This document shows, piece after piece, positions 39,106-48,921 of a stretch of 64,000 nt of DNA. Where the stretch lies: assembly GCA_048938895.1 (NCBI GenBank), contig JBHLLU010000008.1, positions 1 to 64,000 on the forward strand, given 5' to 3'. The notes under the pieces are model-generated. The model was not told the origin of the DNA, made no database searches, and saw only the letters and a list, made by a program, of their open reading frames with translations. The translations under genes and the position numbers were made by a program. Position 1 is the stretch's first letter, and the number at the start of each line of letters is the position of its first letter. The DNA is from Promethearchaeota archaeon. GTDB taxonomy: Archaea; Asgardarchaeota; Lokiarchaeia; Sigyniarchaeales; SOKP01.

Positions 39106-39267
39106 TTATTTATTTGCTTTTTTATAATCTGCTTTCTCAGCTTTTCTAAGAGAATTCGATGCTCCACATTTATCACAATATTCTTGATCAGTATGAGCAA
39201 ATTCACCGCATTTATCACAGATAAAAGGATAAGTTTTCTTGAAAAGTTTCGTATCCACTATTTTCAC
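39106..39267 (-). CDS. Small zinc-ribbon protein (53 aa), not in ORF track
   Basis: MKIVDTKLFKKTYPFICDKCGEFAHTDQEYCDKCGASNSLRKAEKADYKKANK; two CxxCG knuckles. Confidence 0.75.
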   Translation of the reverse strand: MKIVDTKLFKKTYPFICDKCGEFAHTDQEYCDKCGASNSLRKAEKADYKKANK

Positions 39268-39580
39268 ATTTACTTTAATTTTATCATTGATAAAGAAATC
39301 GATCAGTAAAAAGCTTTTGTGTGTTTTTTTTATATTTTCGAGATTCCCTTATATTTAATTGTTTTATATGATATTATTTTACTATAATTAGCATTGACCT
39401 TTGATGAAGATCATTTCCCATTTATGATTCTCTCAGTAATATTGAGTGTTTAGGAATAAAATATTTCTATTTAAGAAAACAGATTCAATGGAATTTTCAT
39501 TCAAATAATTATAAATAAGCTAATTTTCTTTTTTTAATAAAAAGGAACGTAATGAAATAAAATTAAAGATTCAAATATTT

Positions 39581-41002
39581 ATGAAAATCTGCCCTTATTG
39601 TAAACAATCAATTGAAGAAGATTATCCATATTGCCCATATTGTAACAAACCATTAATTTCAAATTTGAAGAAATCAATGCTTAGGGATATAAATTCAAAA
39701 TTCATTGAAGAAGAATCTTTTTCTATTGATACAATAGAAGGCGATGGATATTATGAAGATATAATTATAGAAGACGATAAAATAGAGCAAGAAATTAAAG
39801 AGATTAATGAAAATTTAGAAAGTAAGGAAATTTTGGGAGATCCAATACCTGGGGAACTATTGTTAAAAAAATCAAGTTTATATTACAAAAAAAGAGATTT
39901 GCCTAATGCTCTAAAAAATCTTGAATTAGCATTAAGAAATTTTGAAGAAGAAGATGATTTATTTAATGTAGCAATCTGTCATAATGAAATTGGATTAATT
40001 CAAGAAGATACAGGATTCTTTGATCAAGCAATCTATCATTTAAATAGATCTCTTGAAATCCTTAGAGAAGTAAAAGATAACCTGAAGGTTATCAAAGTTC
40101 TAAATAATTTAGGAAATATTTACCTTTCAATCAAGGATTTAGAATATTCTTACAAATTTTATCAGGAAGCTCTTGATTTATCTAAAAAAGAGAATCTATT
40201 ATATGAAGAAGTTACGACTTCCAGTAATATAGTCGAAGTTCTTTACTTACTTAAAGATTTTAATCGAATTAAGAAAATCTTGGCAAGAAATATGGAATTC
40301 TTCACCCAAAAGGGTGATGCTTATGGTATTATAACTACTAAAATAAAGTATGGAAAATTGTATTATTTAATAGGAGAAGACTATAACTTAGCAAATGAGG
40401 AATTTACCACGGTTCTCCAATTGATAGAAACTGTACGTAATAATCTTTCCTTATATTTAAAAGCAAAATTAGAATGGGAATGCTACTTATATCTTGGAAA
40501 GATAAATCTCTTATGGAATAATATTAAAGCTAGTGAAAATTCATTATTAAAAAGTCTTGAATCCGTAAGAATCTTTGAAATTGGCGATAATATTCATGAG
40601 GGGGAAATCTTAGAGAATCTAGGTGATATAAATGATTTAAAAGGAGAAACTCAAAAAAGTATTGAATATTATATTCTCTCTTGCGAGATCTACTATAAAT
40701 TCGGAGACAACATGAAATGTGCTCAATTAAAAGTAACTATTGCGGAAAAATATTTAAAAATTGGAGAAGAAAAATCAAAAACAATAAAATTTTTTGAGGA
40801 AGCTCTATCTATTTATGAGGACCTTCTTTATGTAAAAGAACTTGCAGATATCCACAATAAATTAGGTGATATCTATTTACATGATGAGATGCCTAAATTA
40901 GCATTGGAACATTATGAACATTCGAGGAATTATTATAATGAGCTACAAGATGAAGAAAATCAGAAGAAAATTGAAGCAAAATTAAATTCCTTAATAAGTT
41001 AA
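39581..41002 (+). CDS. Zinc-ribbon + TPR protein
   Basis: N-terminal CPYC..CPYC followed by many TPR-like repeats. Confidence 0.82.
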   Translation: MKICPYCKQSIEEDYPYCPYCNKPLISNLKKSMLRDINSKFIEEESFSIDTIEGDGYYEDIIIEDDKIEQEIKEINENLESKEILGDPIPGELLLKKSSLYYKKRDLPNALKNLELALRNFEEEDDLFNVAICHNEIGLIQEDTGFFDQAIYHLNRSLEILREVKDNLKVIKVLNNLGNIYLSIKDLEYSYKFYQEALDLSKKENLLYEEVTTSSNIVEVLYLLKDFNRIKKILARNMEFFTQKGDAYGIITTKIKYGKLYYLIGEDYNLANEEFTTVLQLIETVRNNLSLYLKAKLEWECYLYLGKINLLWNNIKASENSLLKSLESVRIFEIGDNIHEGEILENLGDINDLKGETQKSIEYYILSCEIYYKFGDNMKCAQLKVTIAEKYLKIGEEKSKTIKFFEEALSIYEDLLYVKELADIHNKLGDIYLHDEMPKLALEHYEHSRNYYNELQDEENQKKIEAKLNSLIS

Positions 41003-41682
41003 TTAGTATAAATTTCGAAATCGTCTTTTCTATAAAGTTTTTTCTCAAATTCTTCAAATCCTAATCCTTTCATAAATGTATAACTGACCTTATTATCATT
41101 ATATACTTCTGCTCTAATTTCTTTTACATTACTGTAATTTTGTTTCAAGAAATTCCACACATAAACCCCTAGTATTTTACCAAGACCTCTACGTTGGAAC
41201 CTTGGAATTACTGCTAATGCTGCGATAATTGCAGATTCATTATTTTCTCCTTCAAAATCAAGAAGAACGAACGCAGCGTCTATTCCATAAACTTTTGCAA
41301 TAAGAAAGACTGTCTCAGGATTTTCAAGAATTGTAGATAAATCGGTCTTAGTTATAGGGCGAAAAGGAGTATTACTTGTCAACCAAGCTCGATTATAAAT
41401 ATTTTTGAGGCTTTCTAGATCTTCTAACTTTGCCTCTCGAATTTTTGCTTTAAGAATATTGTGTTCTACTTTTCCTTTTAGTTCCTCTTCAAATTCATTG
41501 GTTATTTTACTTACAGGAAGTCTCATCTGGATATATATCATCCCATCCCGATAAATATCTTCCGTTTTTTCTTCGACTAATTCTTTACGCTTCTTTTTCT
41601 TTTCTATTGAGAGGAATAATGCTCTTATTCTTCTCTTCTTCAGATCTACTTTTCCACTACGCTCTGGTTTAGAATCAGACAT
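40999..41682 (-). CDS. GNAT family N-acetyltransferase
   Basis: AVIPRFQRRGLG acetyl-CoA motif; GF near C-terminus. Confidence 0.85.
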   Translation of the reverse strand: MSDSKPERSGKVDLKKRRIRALFLSIEKKKKRKELVEEKTEDIYRDGMIYIQMRLPVSKITNEFEEELKGKVEHNILKAKIREAKLEDLESLKNIYNRAWLTSNTPFRPITKTDLSTILENPETVFLIAKVYGIDAAFVLLDFEGENNESAIIAALAVIPRFQRRGLGKILGVYVWNFLKQNYSNVKEIRAEVYNDNKVSYTFMKGLGFEEFEKKLYRKDDFEIYTN

Positions 41683-41702
41683 AATAAATGGGATTAATTA
41701 AA

Positions 41703-43337
41703 TTAAGGTAATAAATTTAAATTTTCCCGGATTGTATTCTCACCAATTTCAGTTATGAGGTTATTTTCTTTTAATTTTGAAATACCTAACTGTATTTTCT
41801 TCTTTAGATTCACATCTTTTATCAAATTTTTCCTGTCTGATGAAAATTCAAAATTTGATCTTACTGCCATATTATTCTCAATTATCTCATTCAGAGTATT
41901 TTTTAATTGAAGTATTGGTTCTGAAATAAACTCATATATATTATTCGGATCATTTGTAATATACCCAGGAAATAAAATATTCATACGTTCTTCCATCTGT
42001 GCTTCATTTTCAATAAACAAAACATAAATGGGCAAATATATCCATTGGATCGGTCTTGAAAACAACTCTGATTGATTATCGGTTAATGACCATCTAACTA
42101 ACTGTTGAGCTTCTTGTAGACAGTCAATGTGCTTACATTTTATAATTTCCTTAATCTTGTTAAATAAACTTTCAATCTGGTCTTTTTGTGCTTTTAACTC
42201 AGAAATCTTTCCCTCTTTTTCACTCTCAAATTCTGAAAGTAGCCTGTCTCTATCTTTTAATTTTAAGTTCTGTGATTCTCTAAATTGTTCCAATTTATTC
42301 TTGGCTTCTTGGTCAATCAAATCAGCCCGATTTTTCAACTCAACAAATCTTTGTTTAAGTATTTCAACTGATTCTAAGAACTTCTCTCCCTCAACTTTCA
42401 AATAGTCAAAGTGATTTTGAAAATGTGGCAAAATATCTTTAAAAACTCTACTCTTGAGAGAATCGCTATCTACAAAAAATTTATTCTTTTTAATAATCTC
42501 CTCAAGATTTCTTTCAGAAGTTTTAAATAGTGTGGAGATGCTCTCAATAATTTTTTTCTTTTCTTCCACATTCCATTGATCGATTTTGTCCTGTTCTAAT
42601 TTTAACTCATGCTCTATTTGTGTTGGATCAATAGTGGATGAAGCTTTGTTAATTTGACTAGAATATCGACTATTGAGATCCTTTAACTGAACATTTAGAT
42701 CCACAAGCCACTTATCTACTTCTTTTTCTATTAACTCTATTTGTGAATTCCATCTAAAAGCGTTCCCTTTCATTGTGTTAATTATGTTGCGGTAGTCTTC
42801 TGCAATAGTTAAAGCATTTTCAGTAGTAATACTATGATCTAAAACAGTATAATCAATAATAGGCTTATATTCTATTAACGGCATTATTTGAACTAATGTT
42901 TGAAGAAATTCTGGATTTATTAAACCATCAAGTATGAGTGATTGATATTCAGACTCTTCACCTTCCCCAATTTCTTCTGCTTCAATGTCTGTATAAGTTA
43001 AAATTTCTATTAGCTTATTTAATTCTTCCAATTTGGTTCTGTTTTCAATATTTCTCAGAATGTGCCCCACTAAGGGTTGACGAGGGGAATTTGAAAATTT
43101 ATCAATCTTTTTAAAAATACCTAACCCGTCTAGCATTATATGTGTACCAATAGTTCCTTGTATACTTAATATTGGCCAAAGAAGTCTTGAAAAAGAAAGG
43201 ATCTTTTCATTTACACCTAAATTTTTAGTTAAAAGATAAAATGTAAGAGCTAGTTCGTCATTTCCTTGAATTATAGGACGTCTTCTCATTTTACCTATAA
43301 AAAAAGGTAATAAATATTGGTTACCATGTACAGACAA
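41703..43337 (-). CDS. Hypothetical protein with long central coiled coil
   Basis: E/K/Q/L-rich heptad region flanked by globular ends. Confidence 0.7.
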   Translation of the reverse strand: MSVHGNQYLLPFFIGKMRRRPIIQGNDELALTFYLLTKNLGVNEKILSFSRLLWPILSIQGTIGTHIMLDGLGIFKKIDKFSNSPRQPLVGHILRNIENRTKLEELNKLIEILTYTDIEAEEIGEGEESEYQSLILDGLINPEFLQTLVQIMPLIEYKPIIDYTVLDHSITTENALTIAEDYRNIINTMKGNAFRWNSQIELIEKEVDKWLVDLNVQLKDLNSRYSSQINKASSTIDPTQIEHELKLEQDKIDQWNVEEKKKIIESISTLFKTSERNLEEIIKKNKFFVDSDSLKSRVFKDILPHFQNHFDYLKVEGEKFLESVEILKQRFVELKNRADLIDQEAKNKLEQFRESQNLKLKDRDRLLSEFESEKEGKISELKAQKDQIESLFNKIKEIIKCKHIDCLQEAQQLVRWSLTDNQSELFSRPIQWIYLPIYVLFIENEAQMEERMNILFPGYITNDPNNIYEFISEPILQLKNTLNEIIENNMAVRSNFEFSSDRKNLIKDVNLKKKIQLGISKLKENNLITEIGENTIRENLNLLP

Positions 43338-43510
43338 GGATATTCTCCTACTTTTTTAAACTATCTAATAAAATTTATTCTAAATATATTAAATTTATAG
43401 CGATTTAGTTTTAAAATTTTAATCTTTTTTTAAAGATAACAAAAAAGTAAGCACTTAAATATAAAAGAAATGACCGTAAGTAAAAAAATTTAAGCTTAGA
43501 AGATAACAAT

Positions 43511-44377
43511 TTATTTTAACTGTTCATAGTTATTAGCTATAACCAATATAAGGAGAGCTAACAAAATAATCAATGGTGGTAATATGGCTTTTACATGTGT
43601 AAACGCAGCTACATCAAGTGCTCCCTGCAATATTCTTCCTCCAATGAAATATAAAAGAAACCCGATTGCATTTAATGCGTAAGATTTTCTTAAAACTCCA
43701 AAAGTTTTCAAGGCAAGATACAGAAACACAAACGGAATTAAGGCGAGAAATAAGGGCATAAAGATAAAATTATATAGAAATCTCCCAAGAGGATACTCCC
43801 AAGATCCAATTGTTATTGAAATTATATTATCTGTAGGTAATGAATAATCACTCGGGAAGTCTGGATCCATAAAAAGCCATTTAGACAATGTCAAAGCAAG
43901 AATTCCTATAATCACGGGAAAAATGATTAGTGCCAAACGAATAATTAATTTGATATGATTTTTATTTTTAAACCAATTTTTTAAAGAAAATCTTTCTTCT
44001 TCTTTTTCTTCTAGTTGAGTATCGGGAGGAAATAATAAAATTCCTAAAACTCCGACAGCACAGGCGACGCCAACCCAAGTAAAAAATGTTGCGAATCTAT
44101 AATTAATCATTAAAAATTCTACAACCTCAGGACCATTTGTTGCACCGTCAAATAATTCTGGACCGAAAAAATAATACACTATAAAAAACACTCTAGCAAT
44201 CCCAAAACACAGAAAGAATAAGCTAAAAAACAACCAATATATCTTCTTTGTCATGCGAAATCTGATGAATAGGAAGTAGAAAAATAACAAGAAGAAATAG
44301 CCTACAATAACAAAATAAAGCCCCATCTCAAGGCCTTCCCATAATCCAAAATATTGAAAAGTATCTTGAAATAACAT
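43511..44377 (-). CDS. Multi-pass (about 7 TM) membrane protein
   Basis: About seven hydrophobic segments. Confidence 0.7.
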   Translation of the reverse strand: MLFQDTFQYFGLWEGLEMGLYFVIVGYFFLLFFYFLFIRFRMTKKIYWLFFSLFFLCFGIARVFFIVYYFFGPELFDGATNGPEVVEFLMINYRFATFFTWVGVACAVGVLGILLFPPDTQLEEKEEERFSLKNWFKNKNHIKLIIRLALIIFPVIIGILALTLSKWLFMDPDFPSDYSLPTDNIISITIGSWEYPLGRFLYNFIFMPLFLALIPFVFLYLALKTFGVLRKSYALNAIGFLLYFIGGRILQGALDVAAFTHVKAILPPLIILLALLILVIANNYEQLK

Positions 44378-44496
44378 GAGTATGTGAAATTTTTATAATT
44401 GCTTTAAATAATATTATTATCTTTTAGTTGTATAAAAATTTATTTCAATTTTGATTTTAATCAAATACAAATATTATCAATTATTTTAAAATCTAT

Positions 44497-45990
44497 ATGA
44501 AAATCGAGAACAGCATCGAGACGTTTAACTCATTACTAAAACGTCGTGGGTTCATTTGGGGTCCATCACCTGAAATTTATGGCGGATTTGCGGGTTTTTA
44601 TTCTTATGGTCCAGCAGGGATGGCTCTTAAGAATAATGTGTTAGATCTTTTTAGACGAGAATGTCGATATTTTGGTTTTGGGGAGGTTGAATGTCCTACT
44701 ATTTTGCCACGTATCGTTTGGGAAGCTTCAGGACACTTAGAAAGATTCATAGATCCAGTAATTAGATGCAATCAATGCAATACATTGTATAGAGCTGACA
44801 AGTTTCTTCAAGAACAGCTACCGAACCTCATGATTGATGGATTATCATACGATGAAATGGAAGATTTAATTAGAAAACATGAATTAGTATGCCCAAAATG
44901 CCAAAATTCTTTTCAAAAAATAGAAGAATATAATTTAATGTTAAAAACATCTGTAGGAAACAATGTTACGGCATTTCTACGCCCCGAAACAGCCACAACA
45001 ACCTATTTACTTTTCAACCGTTTGGATCAAGATGCAAGAAGACAATACCCTCTTAAAATTTACCAATATGGCAAAGCTTATCGGAATGAAATCTCTCCAA
45101 GACAAGGAGTTTTACGTATGAGGTCTTTTGATCAATTTGAACTGCAAATATTCATAAGTAAAGATCAAGAAATGGCTTATGAGGATTATGAAGAAGTAAA
45201 AAAAAACAAATTACCCTTATTGGATTGGAAGCTACAAGAAAAAGGAATCAATGAACCTACAATTTTATCACTAGAACAAGCTATTATGAATAAAATACTT
45301 AAAAAACCGGCTTATGCCTATTGCCTTTACATCGCATATTATTTAACATCCATCCTTGATATTCCCCAAGAGTTAATTAGATTCAGACAACATTCTATTA
45401 ATGAAAGGGCTCACTATGCTGATGATGCTTGGGATTTAGAAATAAACACTAGACAATATGGATGGGTGGAGATATGTGGTATTCATGATAGAACTGATTA
45501 TGATTTGAAAAGGCATGCTGAATTTTCAAAACAAAACTTTGAAGTAATTATGGATCCTAGCACAAACGTGAAGGAAATTCCTCAAGTTCTTGAAATCGCT
45601 TTTGGAATTGATAGAATTTTGTATTGTTTGCTTGAAACTACATTTAACATTAACCAAGAAAGAATTATATTACGATTAAATTCAATATTATCACCAAATA
45701 CAGTAGCAGTCTTTCCGCTTGTTCGAAATAAGGAGAGTATTAGAAAATTGGCTCTGAAAGTTCATAGAATGCTTCTAGAAAATCGTATAGGCTCTTTTTA
45801 TGATCCTTCTGGATCAATAGGAAAGAGATATCGTAGACAAGACGAATTAGGTACAAAATGGTGTATTACGATAGATTATGAGTCACTAGAAGATAATACA
45901 GTAACCCTCAGAGAACGTGATTCAATGGGACAAATCCGGATTAATATCTCAAAACTTCCCGAAATTGTAAAAAAAAAGCAAAAAGAGTAA
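44497..45990 (+). CDS. glyS: Glycine--tRNA ligase (alpha2, archaeal/eukaryote type)
   Basis: EIYGG, LRPETA, RNEISPRQG, SIGKRYRRQDELG motifs. Confidence 0.96.
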   Translation: MKIENSIETFNSLLKRRGFIWGPSPEIYGGFAGFYSYGPAGMALKNNVLDLFRRECRYFGFGEVECPTILPRIVWEASGHLERFIDPVIRCNQCNTLYRADKFLQEQLPNLMIDGLSYDEMEDLIRKHELVCPKCQNSFQKIEEYNLMLKTSVGNNVTAFLRPETATTTYLLFNRLDQDARRQYPLKIYQYGKAYRNEISPRQGVLRMRSFDQFELQIFISKDQEMAYEDYEEVKKNKLPLLDWKLQEKGINEPTILSLEQAIMNKILKKPAYAYCLYIAYYLTSILDIPQELIRFRQHSINERAHYADDAWDLEINTRQYGWVEICGIHDRTDYDLKRHAEFSKQNFEVIMDPSTNVKEIPQVLEIAFGIDRILYCLLETTFNINQERIILRLNSILSPNTVAVFPLVRNKESIRKLALKVHRMLLENRIGSFYDPSGSIGKRYRRQDELGTKWCITIDYESLEDNTVTLRERDSMGQIRINISKLPEIVKKKQKE

Positions 45991-46120
45991 ATTCATACAT
46001 TTATATTTAATATTTCAAAATTTTTGCGACTTTCAGAAAAAATTTTAAAGAGAAGGATTTTTTAAAAATATAATTTAATAATTATACTATTAATTAAACA
46101 TACATATCGTTTAATTTGAA

Positions 46121-48916
46121 ATGAGTTTTTTTAATTTCTCTGATTTAAGAAAGAAAAGAAGGCAAAATAGAAAGTCTTCCAAGATTTTAATTGGTATTTT
46201 CTTCATTTTTATGTTTACTCTAAGCAATTTATATCTTTATAGTTCTTTAGATCGGGATAATAATTATCCTGTCAAAGATGTCAATAAAATAGAGGATGAT
46301 ATGTTTGATTTTGATCAAAATAGTCTAGAAATGGCAACTGATCTTTCAATGCTTCAAAATCCTTTTATTCAAAATTTCGAAGGGATGCATAATTTCTTTG
46401 TAAACAAATATGAATCAAGTTTAGAATTTGATGTTCCTCTCTATTATCGGAAAGGCGATACAAATGGAATTATAATTGATGATACGATCTATTCAGAAGA
46501 TAATCTACTAATGTATAATTCATTAATAAAGTTAGAGATTACCCCAACTGAGACTTTTGATATTTTCTTAAAGTTGAAATCTACACCTTTATGGTATGAT
46601 GGCATCGGACTATATGATTATGGATTTGTGAAATCAGTTGATAATTTGACGGGGGAAGTAAAAAATGATGAAAGATATCTACGGGATAATCTTTTGCCAA
46701 TAATTCTATTAATTGAAAATATAGAAGAAGATATTGATGATATTTCAATTGGTGGAACACATCCAACAGATTCAATAGAAGAAATGTTTTATCTTATAAA
46801 TTCAACTGAATTCTGGGATGAAACTTATGATGGCTTTGATAATTCCAATTCTACGAATTACAAATACTCGGAAAGTAATTTTTATGCAATTCTAGCAAAT
46901 CTCCTAATCCACCGCACTTATGATCAACTAGGATTAAATGAAGCTATAAAGGATAGAGCATATGATTTGGCTAACAAAACAATGTATTCTATGATAAATA
47001 ATATGTGGGAAGGCACAGCATTCTATCACGATGCAAATAGAGTTTGGGACACCTCGGGTGGGGGACAACAATACTTTCATTTAAAAACGAATGCATTAGG
47101 TATCCTAGCTTTGCTAGAATTTTGGGTGGGATCTGGAATGGAAAGCACCTCACCTTTCTTCTCATTAGCAACACAACTTTATAATAGTTTAAATAACAAC
47201 ATTTGGAACGATATTGACAGACTGTACTACAACGTGACCCAACCTAATTGGAATATTGTAGACTTTAACTATGATCTTAATGCCAATGCTTTAATGTTAG
47301 AGGCATGTATAAGATTTTTCCAACTTACAGGAAATATTACCTATTATGATAGAGCTATAGAATTGTTTGACTCATTTGAAAATAATTTATATGATGATAT
47401 AAATAGTGCTTATGATTTTTCACTAGCAGATAATAGTAAGAATTTGAACTCAAACTTAAAGCTCTTCGCAGCGTATTTAGCAGCATCTGACACATATGGT
47501 AATACCGTATTAGAAGCAAAATACAATATAACTTCGACAATTCCAAGTTATATCTTCAATCAAGATATTATGAATATAACTTCAGTATATTCATTTATAA
47601 ACTCAGAAACTTACTACAACCTTACAACAGAATCTTATCTTCCATTTACCATAAGGTATAATATAACTGACGTTGGCATCAATTATCTTTTCAAGTATCC
47701 AAATGGAACATTCTTATATCAATTTAAATATCAAATTATTAGTCCAGACGATTCACATACACTTATACATGCTATAGAAGAAGCATTGCCCATAGGAGAG
47801 GGCTATTATATTTATATATGGGCAAATACGTCATATTTTAGTTTGGGTGATGTGGTAAAACGTTTTAATGTAATTTCAGGATTAATTGATGAACCAATTG
47901 AGGGTTTGGTTAGTTTGCTATACCAAGGGCCTATCTTAAATATAACACTCCCAATCAATTATACTCGTAAAGATAATTTAACACTTATGGCTTCACTTAC
48001 AGGTAGAGGGATTGTGAACTTTACTGCTCAAGAAGTAAATTTTACGGAAAATTATCAAGAAAGAGGTGTAATCACATATGTTCAGTTTAATCTTACTGCT
48101 AGACCGGGGGCAGTTCCAGGACCAAGTGAGATAGACTTTAAAATTTATCAGGGAAATTTAATTTATCTTGAAGTGAAAAAAAGTATTGAAATCGGGTATT
48201 CATTTGATTATGAACATTTAATATACCAAAGTAAGGTTGTAAGAGGAGAAAATATTGCTGTATATTTAGATTTAATAAATTTTCTCCCTAATGCAACACA
48301 GTCTTTAAATGTTAGTTTTTCAGGCATAACCGAGCCTTCCATTGAAAAATTTATCCAAGAAGAGACCTTGTATGAGGAAGAGATACGATCGGTTTCCTAT
48401 TCTTTACAAACTCTAGATAATATTGTAAATGATACCATTAGAATAGAAATGAATATTATGCAAAATACAACAATATATTACACTGATATTTTAATTATAG
48501 AAATTATCCCTAAATTTGTAATAATGAGTGTATCGTTCCCAGCTAAACTCTCTCAAGGTGCTCCGGCTTATTTTATTCTAATTCTTCAAAATAATCTAGA
48601 AGATCCAGAAGGATTTACACTCTATCTGAATGGAAAAATTATACAGACAAATATTAATGAGCTAATCCCTGGAGAAAATAGAATTGTGAAAAAAATCAGT
48701 ACTACATCTAATCCTTATGAGTTTGGGGTCAAAATATTTAGACTAACTATAGAAGACAGCGAAAATAATGAAATCGCGAAATTCTATTTCAAAGTTGATA
48801 TAGAATTATCAACATTTAATTTAGTCTTATTCTATTTATTACCTTCTATTGTACCCCTCGGCATAATTTTGTACTTCTTAAATCAACAGATTAAACATAA
48901 AAAATTAAGGCGATAA
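46121..48916 (+). CDS. Large membrane-anchored extracellular protein; alpha/alpha-barrel glycosidase-like (GH76/AGE-like) region plus beta-rich domains
   Basis: N-terminal signal/TM, helical W/Y-rich repeats (e.g. FFQLTGNITYYDRA), many NxS/T sequons, C-terminal TM. Confidence 0.6.
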   Translation: MSFFNFSDLRKKRRQNRKSSKILIGIFFIFMFTLSNLYLYSSLDRDNNYPVKDVNKIEDDMFDFDQNSLEMATDLSMLQNPFIQNFEGMHNFFVNKYESSLEFDVPLYYRKGDTNGIIIDDTIYSEDNLLMYNSLIKLEITPTETFDIFLKLKSTPLWYDGIGLYDYGFVKSVDNLTGEVKNDERYLRDNLLPIILLIENIEEDIDDISIGGTHPTDSIEEMFYLINSTEFWDETYDGFDNSNSTNYKYSESNFYAILANLLIHRTYDQLGLNEAIKDRAYDLANKTMYSMINNMWEGTAFYHDANRVWDTSGGGQQYFHLKTNALGILALLEFWVGSGMESTSPFFSLATQLYNSLNNNIWNDIDRLYYNVTQPNWNIVDFNYDLNANALMLEACIRFFQLTGNITYYDRAIELFDSFENNLYDDINSAYDFSLADNSKNLNSNLKLFAAYLAASDTYGNTVLEAKYNITSTIPSYIFNQDIMNITSVYSFINSETYYNLTTESYLPFTIRYNITDVGINYLFKYPNGTFLYQFKYQIISPDDSHTLIHAIEEALPIGEGYYIYIWANTSYFSLGDVVKRFNVISGLIDEPIEGLVSLLYQGPILNITLPINYTRKDNLTLMASLTGRGIVNFTAQEVNFTENYQERGVITYVQFNLTARPGAVPGPSEIDFKIYQGNLIYLEVKKSIEIGYSFDYEHLIYQSKVVRGENIAVYLDLINFLPNATQSLNVSFSGITEPSIEKFIQEETLYEEEIRSVSYSLQTLDNIVNDTIRIEMNIMQNTTIYYTDILIIEIIPKFVIMSVSFPAKLSQGAPAYFILILQNNLEDPEGFTLYLNGKIIQTNINELIPGENRIVKKISTTSNPYEFGVKIFRLTIEDSENNEIAKFYFKVDIELSTFNLVLFYLLPSIVPLGIILYFLNQQIKHKKLRR

Positions 48917-48921
48917 GACTA

